Part shown: positions 1-11,926 of the stretch, piece after piece
Numbering within the stretch: the stretch's first letter is position 1
Layout: every line of letters starts with the position of its first letter
From: Eledone cirrhosa
Taxonomy: Eukaryota
DNA: 64,000 bases
Assembly: GCA_964016885.1 (NCBI GenBank)
Contig: OZ024740.1
Location: 95,914,001-95,978,000, forward strand
Direction of reading: 5' to 3'
Made by a program: the position numbers and the translations under genes
The notes under the pieces: generated by a model
What the model saw: only the letters and a program-made list of their open reading frames with translations
The model's database searches: none
Told to the model about the DNA's origin: nothing

Positions 1-536
1 GTCTAAACACTTCTCCCTAAGACGAACCCACAACATACACACGTCAACATACATACCTATATCAGCACAAATCTCTACCCACATATAAACACAATGACAC
101 ACGTAAACACACATGCTCTATGGTGCAATACAAAAAAATATATGTGCATATATATGTATGTATATGTGTATATATATGTATATATGTAGTGAATATATGT
201 ATGTGTATATATATATATAGTGAATATCATTTCACACCTTTTATTGTTAAGATTTTTGATGTTCTATTAAGAGAACCGATTTTACTGAAAAAATCGAATA
301 ATGTACACCATTTTACCAGGGGGGAAAAAAATACTGGTCCCCCCCCCCACACACACACATATATACACAAACACATACACACGCGTACATCAACATACAA
401 AGAGACTTATACACACACACACACACACACACACGCACTTCTCCGTATAAGACAAAAGCTGAAAAATATCTTTTGACATGCTAAAATACACCCCATTGCT
501 TTCAGACACATTCTTACTGACCATCGAATTACTCTG

Positions 537-600
<64 letters not shown>

Positions 601-678
601 ACACACACTTATCTTAATAGCCATTTGACACACATCGCTGCCAGCCATTGTCGCAGCATCGAACACCTAACTGCTACT

Positions 679-714
<36 letters not shown>

Positions 715-753
715 ACACACACGCATATTTGTTGTGAAAGAGTCATTTCTCAA

Positions 754-981
754 TCTTGGCGCAAAACCAATTTTTTATCCACATGACCTCTACCGACCAA
801 TCAAAAATGTTTTGACCAAGAATTTTTGCTGGAGCCACTTTTTTAACATAAAAACAGTCTTGGCGCAAAATCAACTTTTTACATTCACATGACCTCTACC
901 GACCAATCAAAATTGTTTTGACCACAAGCATTTTTGCAACACAAAAATAACGCTGGAGCCACTTTTTTAACATAAAAACAG
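754..981. repeat. Imperfect tandem duplication, two copies of ~105-120 bp
   Basis: tcttggcgcaaaa...cacatgacctctaccgaccaatcaaaa...gctggagccacttttttaacataaaaacag occurs at ~754 and again at ~859. Confidence 0.85.
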
Positions 982-1197
982 GTAGAATTCACAAAACTAA
1001 TCAGATCAGAGCAAACAGCAAGGACACTCTATCTCAAAATTATTTTTGAAAAGCATTTAGAAATGCGCAACCGGTAAAAACTTCAAAACTTAAAACCACA
1101 ACTGAATACTAATCCATACAATCACTAATACTCTTTTATTCCTAATTAAACCATTTTTCAACTGTGAACAATTTGTCAGCATTTTCTATTCCGTTTA

Positions 1198-1231
<34 letters not shown>

Positions 1232-1233
<2 letters not shown>

Positions 1234-1358
1234 AACCAGTAAGACCCCAACGGCTGAGCGCAAGCCGTTTCAACGGCTAATTCAGTCCAGAATTAGCCGT
1301 CGAAACGGTTTGAGCTCAGCCGTCGGGGTCTTACTGGTTCCTTACCACATTTCCTTCG

Positions 1359-1360
<2 letters not shown>
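1232..1360. repeat. GC-rich ~110-bp foldback hairpin with ~19-nt unpaired tail, between (TA)n tracts; probable PLE 3'-end derivative
   Basis: ggaaccagtaagacccc...ggggtcttactggttcc near-perfect inverted repeat centred on gaattc/agtcca/gaatt; tail ttaccacatttccttcgtt. Confidence 0.7.
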
Positions 1361-1427
<67 letters not shown>

Positions 1428-1604
1428 AAAAAGAGATGAAATCGAAAATGCAACAGGAGTCTTATTTTTTTTTTAAATATACATATTTATTTGCTTCCTT
1501 TACCGGTTTCGCAGTTCTTCTGCTTTTCAAAAGGTGAGTCGAGATGGAGGGTATGTGGTTTTTCTCACATCAGATGTGAGAAAAACCACATACCACCTTA
1601 TATA

Positions 1605-2281
<677 letters not shown>

Positions 2282-2296
2282 TATACATATATATAC

Positions 2297-2339
<43 letters not shown>

Positions 2340-2368
2340 TATACATATATATACATATATATACATAC

Positions 2369-2423
<55 letters not shown>

Positions 2424-2425
2424 CA

Positions 2426-2483
<58 letters not shown>

Positions 2484-2563
2484 TACACATATATAAACAT
2501 TTACAAACACATCTACACAAATACACATATATACACATATACAAGATGCATAAACACATACGG

Positions 2564-2726
<163 letters not shown>

Positions 2727-2833
2727 AAATTGAGGCTGGTAATGGTACATGGAATATATAAGAGACAGAATACTTTTTTGTGAAAAAACATATAATTTTA
2801 TAAGGTAAGGAAATAATAAAGGGTATAATAAAT

Positions 2834-2871
2834 GACCGGTTTCGATGGGTCCGCAAAAGCCATCTTTTCAA
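2834..2871 (-). ncRNA. Minimal type I hammerhead ribozyme, U3-A8 variant (inverted copy of PLE A)
   Basis: Minus strand reads TTGAAAA-gatgg-cttttgcggac-ccatc-GAAA-ccgg-TC. Confidence 0.7.
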
Positions 2872-3970
2872 ATGTTGATTAATATTAAGAAAAATTAATA
2901 ATACGAAGAGTTAACATTTGAGATTTAAAAATTCAAGTATAAAATTCATTGTCGGATTTCATAGTAGTTTTCATCTAGGTAGCAACAGCAGGTTGACTGC
3001 TGTGTCCCTTTCTGGTAGTGAATGAGAAGTTATTTGGGGTGTGGGTTATTTTATAAAGGTCAGATTTAGCAATGGCCAACTGGCCAGCTGCTGGTCAGTG
3101 AGGGGGTGGAAGCAATATACATACACATATCTTCCTGTGGTGGGTAGGAGAGTGGAGCGTGATAGAAAGGGATTTAGTGCACTTACACCTATATATACAC
3201 ACATCCCTTCATCCACACATACATACATATACATTTACATATACATATATATATATATATATACATATACACACATACATACACACACACATACATATAC
3301 ATACACACATACACACACACACACATATATACACATACACACATATATATATATATATATATATACAAACACACACACATATATACATACACATACATCC
3401 AGATACACACATACATACACACACACACACATACAAACATACACACATATATATAGACATACACACACATATATATACACACACACACACGCATATATAT
3501 ATATATATACACATACGCATACATCCAGATACACACATACATACACACACACACACACGCACACACAATACATTCATCCACATGCACACACATACACACA
3601 CACACACACATATACACATACATACACCCACACACAGAGAAATGGCCTCCAAATATATATATATATATATATACATACAGACATATATTTTTTCCATAAT
3701 ATAAGAAGTTGGGACAGTGAAATTAAAATACAAGTCATTCTGATCACATTGAGTTCTTCATGTAGATTGGGCCCCGCAACCGACAGTGGTGAATTCTCTG
3801 TGCGCATATATATATAGATATATGTGTGTGCACGTGCAGGGTTTAACATGTATGTGTTGGTCACACAAAGGCATGGTCTGTCAACGAATAAACCTGATTC
3901 TACAGAATTGGTCTCTGGTCTTTAATAGTAGTGATTCCGTGCGTATGTGTGTTTATATTTTATGACAATT

Positions 3971-4642
3971 CTATTGGGGTGATAACCCGTTTAGTTTTGG
4001 TTTAAATTTGTTAAGGAATAGATTTTCTTTGTTTATTCTTTGTTGCTGTGTGAACGAATCTGAGCACTTGTAGAAGGGGAAGATTTGAAAGTTGGGTAGT
4101 GTCATTCCTGCGCAGTTCGCAATATGGCTGCTCAAGGGGATTTTTCTTGTGTTAGCGTCCCGGATTTGTTGGCGGTGGATGGTCATTATTTTGCGTAATG
4201 AGGTGCCCGTCTGTCCTATGTAGTTGTGTTTGCACCCACCGCAAGTTATTGCGTAAATCAAGTTCTCCGAGTTGCAGGTGAAATTGTTTTTTACTCTAAA
4301 TGTTTGGCCATCTTTGAATGTAAATGTTTGTCCTTCAGTGAGGTAGAGGCACGTTCCACAGTTTGTTCTACCACATTTGGTAACTGTAGGGTTGAGGATT
4401 GGCTTGGGTATATTTGGTCCAGTGAGAATGCGTTTAAGTGATTTGGGTTGTCTTTTACTTTTAAGGATCTTGTGTGTTTCAAGAATAGACTTCATTTTTA
4501 CATCTTTAAGTAGGATGGGGAGGTTTTTGTGTAGGTGATCAAACATTTCGGTATTTCTGGGGTTGAAAGTGGATACATATGGCAGTGTTGAGTGTGGTTT
4601 TCTGTTTTGGATTGTTAAGTTGATGGGGATTTAGGTGTTTTG
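3971..4642 (-). pseudogene. Inverted 5'-truncated copy of the PLE A linker and GIY-YIG endonuclease
   Basis: ORF 3971-4546 is almost identical to the C-terminal 191 aa of 6997-8844 (CGRTNCGTC, LIYAITCGGCKHNYIGQT). Confidence 0.92.
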
Positions 4643-5114
4643 TGTGCGTATGTGTATATATGTGTATGTGTGTGTATGTGTGTATGTATATGTATGTGTG
4701 TGTGTATGTATGTGTGTATATGTATATATATATATATATATGTATATGTAAATGTATATGTATGTATGTGTGGATGAAGGGATGTGTGTATATATAGGTG
4801 TAAGTGCACTAAATCCCTTTCTATCACGCTCCACTCTCCTACCCACCACAGGAAGATATGTGTATGTATATTGCTTCCACCCCCTCACTGACCAGCAGCT
4901 AGCCAGTTGGCCATTGCTAAATCTGACCTTTATAGAATAACCCACACCCCAAATCATTTCTCATTCACTACCAGAAAGGGGCACAGCAGTCAACCTGTTG
5001 TTGCTACCTAGATGAAAACTACTATGAAATCCGACAATGAATTTTATACTTGAATTTTCAAATCTCAAATTTTAACTCTTCGTATTATTAATTTTTCTTA
5101 ATATTAATCAACAT

Positions 5115-5152
5115 TTGAAAAGATGGCTTTTGCAGACCCATCGAAACCGGTC
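5115..5152 (+). ncRNA. Minimal type I hammerhead ribozyme, U3-A8 variant (5' pLTR of PLE A)
   Basis: TTGAAAA(5115-5121)-gatgg/ccatc stem II-GAAA-palindromic ccgg-TC; stem I is weak. Confidence 0.7.
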
Positions 5153-5328
5153 ATTTTTTATACCCTTTATTATTTCCTTACCTTATAAAATTATATGTTT
5201 TTTCACAAAAAAGTATTCTGTCTCTTATATATTCCATGTGCCATTACTAACCTCAATTTTCTCTATAACCTTCGTTTTGTGTAGAAAATTACACTTTTCA
5301 TATATACTAACCTACGCAAATCCGGAAA

Positions 5329-6996
5329 ATGGCACTGGAACAAGACAACACAACTTCAAACTCCAATATAAATGAGGAAATCCTGAAAATAACTAAAAGA
5401 GATAAATGGAAAACTCAGCATTCTGACAAAAAAACAGGATATACCCCAAACCACCACACCGACTGACAACCAAATTTATTTAAACGTTCAAAACGTATGC
5501 AACTCCATTGAAAAACTTATGAATACCAACACAGAACAAACGACATTGCTCCATATCAAAAACCAAATGGGACACCTCTGGAAAAAACATCTAAAAACCA
5601 GAAAATTCACTTTCTGGAATATGATAAAAAACCTCAACAAAGCAGGAATTTACCAAAAATGGATTAACTCAACACCGATATTTTTACCACGTAAATTCCA
5701 AATAAAGCATATTACAAACGAACCTGAACCAGGAAGAAAACTCCGTGAACAAATGTCACTCAACAGGATAAACATGGAAATAGAACTTATAAAATTAAGG
5801 ACCACCTCAAACGATCAAGAGTATAAGGATACTGATAAAAATATGGAGGAAGAATGCACTAAAAAGGCCGAGGGAACAACCCTACAAAATTTAATCAAAT
5901 CGTGGAAACAGGACTGCGAGAATGCAGAAACTACTTCCCTTAAACGGTGGGAAAAATCCGAAAACTGGTTCCTCAAATATGAAGAAGACTTTAAAAGGAC
6001 GCACCAAACAGGTAACCCCTTTATAAAGCATTTGAACATAACAAGAACTACAACAGACACATTTACACCACCAAACCCAACACACACTAACCACAGGCAC
6101 ATCCCCCAACCAACACAAACCAAATACGGCCAACTACACCAAAAGAAACACACCCAACCACCACAACACAGGTTTCCGTAGAAATACTCCCTACATAAAC
6201 CAACGCGAAATAACATAGATCCAACTCACAACACAAACACCACATTCCTCAGAAGAAATCCACCCAGACTACTTGAAATCACAACAGAACTTACCCACAA
6301 CCACACCAGACATCACCCTCAATCCAACAAAAGACAACCGCCCAACCTCAACACTCTGTACCACAGAAATAACGCACCCAGACCACATGAACCAACAACA
6401 GAACCCTTGCTCATCAACAACCACAACACATACCACCCCCACCATCACATTCACCCTCATGAAACAAGCTACAGACCCACACGCAACAGACCAACAAAAT
6501 ATAATCACACACAAAACTACATTCCTTTTTTAGGGAAAAGCCTGAAATACCAGGATACTCGATGCCCCCCCCCCCCCTCAGGAGAAACCAAAAATAATCA
6601 ACCTCTCAAAGACATCTCTAACGAACACACAAATCAACATTTTAAGTAAGGGCCTGAAATTTACACCTACATCACGTAAACCAAACTTCCCCGAAATGAA
6701 GGATGAAATCATGGAATACTGCCGAAAGCTGCGACTAACGGAATTCTTCCACAACGACACCAACACTGAAGACGAATCACTGGTTAGAAATAAAAGCAAT
6801 TTCTGCCCACAAAAGGGAAGAAATAAAGCACTGGACACGTACTGCGAACACATCACCAACTTTCCCTATGAAAAAATTACAAATAAACACACGAAATCAA
6901 ACCTATCTACACACGAATGGAAAGAATTATTCACACTTAGAAACAACCCTGAGATAACTATCAAAAAAAGCCGATAAAGGCAGTACTGTTGTCATT
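5329..6996 (+). pseudogene. Frameshifted N-terminal part of the PLE A polyprotein (helical region, Pro/Thr/His-rich linker, start of RT: IINLS, KGLKFTP, ITIKxADKG)
   Basis: ATG at 5329; ORF fragments 5519-6181, 6407-6649 and 6696-6977 are joined by 1-nt shifts, several in homopolymers; matches the copy at 54135-54570. Confidence 0.75.
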
Positions 6997-8844
6997 ATGA
7001 ATACGGACTACTATAGGACCCTCGCACTTAACATTTTAGAAAACAACACATACTATGAAAAAACAGAAAACTACAAACACACCAAAACAATGGGGAACCT
7101 TTTGACCTTACTGAATAAATACCGCAACGGCTTAACCACAAAAGAGTTTAACTATATAAGCCACTTCAAATGCAATACAAGCTCTTTTTACGGCTTACCG
7201 AAACTCCACAAATGTAAACCCATAAACGATGCATGTGACACCTCAACCAACAATTACATTGAACTAACACCACCAGAAGACCTAAAACTCAGGCCAATTA
7301 TAGCAGGCCCTACATGTGAAACCCACAGACTTAGCAACTTTCTGGATATCCTACTGAAACCCTTTCTACAACATATACAGAGCTACATACGAGATGACCT
7401 TGACATGCTGAAACACCTCCCTAAAACAGTAAGTGCAAATACAATTCTTGTCTCCTTTGACGTAATAAACCTCTACACAAACATACCTCACAACTATGGA
7501 ATAACAGCAGTCCAATACTGGCTTAACACACACCCATCAGAAATACCGACACGCATCAACACAGATTTTATCACTGACGGACTCCGCTTTATCCTACAAA
7601 ATAACTACTTCACATTCAATGGTTCAACATACAGACAAGTATCAGGTACGGCAATGGGCACGAAAGTAGCACCCACATATGCCAACCTAGTCATGGGATT
7701 CCTTGAACAACAAATATACAGTCAGTCCCTTCTCTTATTTGGAGACTCTTTCCACACACACCTCAAAGCCAATTGGAAAAGATATCTAGACGACTGCTTT
7801 ATCCTATGTCAAGAAGACATGAACTCACTTACTACGTTTAAAAACATGATAAACAACATAGATAATAACATACAATTCACAATGGAATCCAATCCTAAGG
7901 AATTAGCCTTCTTGGATATTCTCATCTCTGTAATAGACGGGAAATTAGATACAGATATATTCTATAAACCCACAGATTCCAAGCAATACCTCTTTTTCAC
8001 ATCAAGTCACCCAAAACATACAGAACTTAACATTCCTTACAATTTGGCCAAACGTATATGTACCATAGTATCAGATCCACCTAAACGGGAGCAAAGACTA
8101 AAGGACCTAAAAGACACCCTTATCTTAAGAGCCTTTCCACTTGAAATAATCAACAATGGAATAGACAGGGCAAAACACCTAAATCCCCATCAACTTAACA
8201 ATCCAAAACAGAAAACCACACTCAACACTCTGCCATATGTATCCACTTTCAACCCCAGAAATACCGAAATGTTTGATCACCTACACAAAAACCTCCCCAT
8301 CCTACTTAAAGATGTAAAAATGAAGTCTATTCTTGAAACACACAAGATCCTTAAAAGTAAAAGACAACCCAAATCACTTAAACGCATTCTCACTGGACCA
8401 AATATACCCAAACCAATCCTCAACCCTACAGTTACCAAATGTGGTAGAACAAACTGTGGAACGTGCCTCTACCTCACTGAAGGACAAACATTTACATTCA
8501 AAGATGGCCAAACATTTAGAGTAAAAAACAATTTCACCTGCAACTCGGAGAACTTGATTTACGCAATAACTTGCGGTGGATGCAAACACAACTACATAGG
8601 ACAGACGGGCAACTCATTACGCAAAAGAATGACCATCCACCGCCAACAAATCCGGGACGCTAACACAAGAAAAATCCCCTTGAGCAGCCATATTGCGAAC
8701 TGCGCAGGAATGACACTACCCAACTTTCAAATCTTCCCCTTCTACAAGTGCTCAGATTCGTTCACACAGCAACAAAGAATAAACAAAGAAAATCTATTCC
8801 TTAACAAATTTAAACCAAAACTAAACGGGTTATCACCCCAATAG
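6997..8844 (+). CDS. PLE reverse transcriptase + GIY-YIG endonuclease (intact 615-aa segment)
   Basis: FYGLPKLHK, LRPII, SFDVINLY, GTAMGT, RYLDD, FLD, YKPTD, SSHP; Cys-rich linker; IY..YIGQT..R..H. Confidence 0.95.
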   Translation: MNTDYYRTLALNILENNTYYEKTENYKHTKTMGNLLTLLNKYRNGLTTKEFNYISHFKCNTSSFYGLPKLHKCKPINDACDTSTNNYIELTPPEDLKLRPIIAGPTCETHRLSNFLDILLKPFLQHIQSYIRDDLDMLKHLPKTVSANTILVSFDVINLYTNIPHNYGITAVQYWLNTHPSEIPTRINTDFITDGLRFILQNNYFTFNGSTYRQVSGTAMGTKVAPTYANLVMGFLEQQIYSQSLLLFGDSFHTHLKANWKRYLDDCFILCQEDMNSLTTFKNMINNIDNNIQFTMESNPKELAFLDILISVIDGKLDTDIFYKPTDSKQYLFFTSSHPKHTELNIPYNLAKRICTIVSDPPKREQRLKDLKDTLILRAFPLEIINNGIDRAKHLNPHQLNNPKQKTTLNTLPYVSTFNPRNTEMFDHLHKNLPILLKDVKMKSILETHKILKSKRQPKSLKRILTGPNIPKPILNPTVTKCGRTNCGTCLYLTEGQTFTFKDGQTFRVKNNFTCNSENLIYAITCGGCKHNYIGQTGNSLRKRMTIHRQQIRDANTRKIPLSSHIANCAGMTLPNFQIFPFYKCSDSFTQQQRINKENLFLNKFKPKLNGLSPQ

Positions 8845-9451
8845 AATTGTCATAAAATATAAACACACATACGCACGGAATCACTACTATTAAAGACCAG
8901 AGACCAATTCTGTAGAATCAGGTTTATTCGTTGACAGACCATGCCTTTGTGTGACCAACACATACATGTTAAACCCTGCACGTGCACACACATATATCTA
9001 TATATATATATGCGCACAGAGAATTCACCACTGTCGGTTGCGGGGCCCAATCTACATGAAGAACTCAATGTGATCAGAATGACTTGTATTTTAATTTCAC
9101 TGTCCCAACTTCTTATATTATGGAAAAAATATATGTCTGTATGTATATATATATATATATATTTGTAGGCCATTTCTCTGTGTGTGGGTGTATGTATGTG
9201 TATATGTGTGTGTGTGTATGTGTGTGCATGTGGATGTATGTATTGTGTGTGCGTGTGTGTGTGTGTGTATGTATGTGTGTATCTGGATGTATGCGTATGT
9301 GTATATATATATATATATGCGTGTGTGTGTGTGTGTATATATATGTGTGTGAATGTGTATATATATGTGTGTATGTTTGTATGTGTGTATGTATATATAT
9401 ATATATGTGTGTGTGTGTATGTATGCGTGGGGGTGGGGGTGTATATATATA

Positions 9452-9496
<45 letters not shown>

Positions 9497-9579
9497 ATGT
9501 GTATATATATGTGTGTGTGTATGTGTGTATGTATATGTATGTGTGTGTGTATGTATGTGTGTATATGTATATATATATA

Positions 9580-9612
<33 letters not shown>

Positions 9613-9965
9613 GTATGTGTGGATGAAGGGATGTGTGTATATATATAGGTGTAAGTGCACTAAATCCCTTTCTATCACGCTCCACTCTCCTACCCACCAC
9701 AGGAAGATATGTGTATGTATATTGCTTCCACCCCCTCACTGACCAGCAGTTGGCCAGTTGGCCATTGCTAAATCTGACATTTATAAAATAACCCACACCC
9801 CAAATAACTTCTCATTCACTACCAGAAAGGGACACAGCAGTCAACCTGTTGTTGCTAACTAGATGAAAACTACTATGAAATCCCACAATGAATTTTATAC
9901 TTGAATTTTCAAATCTCAAATTTTAACTCTTCGTATTATTAATTTTTCTTAATATTAATCAACAT

Positions 9966-10003
9966 TTGAAAAGATGGCTTTTGCAGACCCATCGAAACCG
10001 GTC
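9966..10003 (+). ncRNA. Minimal type I hammerhead ribozyme, U3-A8 variant (3' pLTR of PLE A)
   Basis: Same sequence as 5115-5152. Confidence 0.7.
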
Positions 10004-10169
10004 ATTTTCTATACCCTTTATTATTTCCTTACCTTATAAAATTATATGTTTTTTCACAAAAAAGTATTCTGTCTCTTATATATTCCATGTGCCATTACCA
10101 ACCTCAATTTTCTCTATAACCTTCGTTTTGTGTAGAAAATTACACTTTTCATATATATATATATATACA

Positions 10170-11926
10170 CAATATATTAATAAATGGATCTTAACAATAA
10201 ACTATATTACCCTTATCATAAACCAGGTGAGATACTTACATATATTAGCCCACACTCTAACCACCCACCGGCAGTCATCAGAGCAGTAATCAAATCTATC
10301 TCATATAGGATGTCCATGCTATCATCAAATGAGGATATATTTATAAACCATGCGGCATATTATAATAAGGCTCTTTCTGAATATATTTATGAACTAGATA
10401 CCATTTACTAGATACCTAAATGCCATAGCACAGCACTTCACCACAACCATAATAAACTTAGCACTAGAACTAAAAATATCTTAGCATATACCCAGATTCG
10501 CCGTAATTTTAGAAGTAACTGCACTTATACAGGGAACTTTAATGGTGGCAGTGGCCTGCTTCCCACCCCAAGTAGCAAACTAAAAATCAACCCTAGAATA
10601 GGATTGAGCAATGGGATGAGAAATAACAAATGCCCAGTTAATAATAACCCTATGAAGGCCCCTACCAACTCTACTAGAACACCTAGAAGGAATATTCCTA
10701 GAATTATCCACTGGCTTAACCCCCCTTTCTCATCTAATCTCGCCACGAATATCCCTAAACGCTTCTTCTCTATCCTATCTAACCCATCCACCCCACCATA
10801 GATATTACAAACTCTTTAATAAAAACAACATTAAAATCTCATTCTCCACAACACCTAACCTAGCTAGCCACATCGCATTCAGTAACCATCATAAACTAAG
10901 ACAGTATAACTCCCACACTGCGGTACCACCACCCCCATCAAATAAACTACGCCACTACACCAATACTTACTCTAGTAGCACAACTCCCCCATCTAATCCT
11001 TCTAGCACTGACCAACCGCTTAGGCTAAACAACCCTACTCTCACTAACCGCAGAAGCAACTGCAACTGCCGTTACCCTAATGCATACTCACTAAATTGGA
11101 CACTGTCTGACACCCAATATAATTTATAGGTGCACGGTTAAATCTGCTTCGCATACCAGCTCCTATATCGGCTCTACCTCTAACCCTTTTAAGGTACGTT
11201 ATAACGCGTACTCTTTTACCTTCCGAGACTCTAACAACAGATGTTCCACATCTCTATCTAGGCTCATTAAAAACCTTAAATTAACCAACATTGAACACTC
11301 ACTAACATGGGATATCATGGCTAGGGCCCAACGGTTCAATGGACGAAGAAACTTCTGTGACCTCTGTCTTACCGAAGCATATTACATTACTCTATCACGA
11401 CCTATACCGATCAACGATAGAACGGAGGTAACTATTAGCTGTCAACATCGAAGGGCTAATTCCTTCGCCAACAGTATTTGACTCAACATAGTCATCTAGC
11501 CCCATTTTTACTTGTAGCTAATAAGCTAAATCGTTATAGCTAACTTGGATAATAATAGGTTGTCTCCCTTACATTGTCTCTCAATTAAAAAATTAAAAAA
11601 TTATCAATGCTTAACTCTAAACTCCACACAATTTCTAATCTCTCGAGGAGTTACTTCCCCTGAAACCAGCCTCTCGTTAGTAAGGTAAATATGTCCATTG
11701 GAGTCCATCTTGTTACCCATAGGCAGATCTCACACAATGCAGCCTCGACAGAAAAATACTGCTCAACTATGGCAGACAATAGATATACCCAGGACACCAT
11801 AGTGAAATACCAATATATGGAACATATAACATTCTTTCCTTATTTTAATTTATATTATTTTTGAAGTTCCGATGAGCTGGTCCATTTTACCTAAGTCAAC
11901 TGAACCAGATCAATAATGATCTATAA
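10170..11926 (+). mobile_element. 5'-truncated degenerate PLE D (RT thumb, GIY-YIG, 3' UTR); continues at 14111-14136 after the transposon
   Basis: YPYHKPGE..YI...SNHP, WLNPPFS, KISFSTTPNLA, CNCR, YIGST, CDLC..E in broken frames; 3' part homologous to 21385-22075 (-). Confidence 0.85.

Noticed and set aside
5815-6859. Antisense ORFs over PLE coding regions (also 4226, 8374, 54152, 55944, 61942, 63110)
   Set aside because: They are shadow ORFs of the retroelement strand with no independent motifs.
6997-8844. Telomerase, or a Naiad-type selenoprotein PLE
   Set aside because: The GIY-YIG is C-terminal, there are no in-frame UGA codons at Cys positions, and the pLTR structure marks a canonical PLE.
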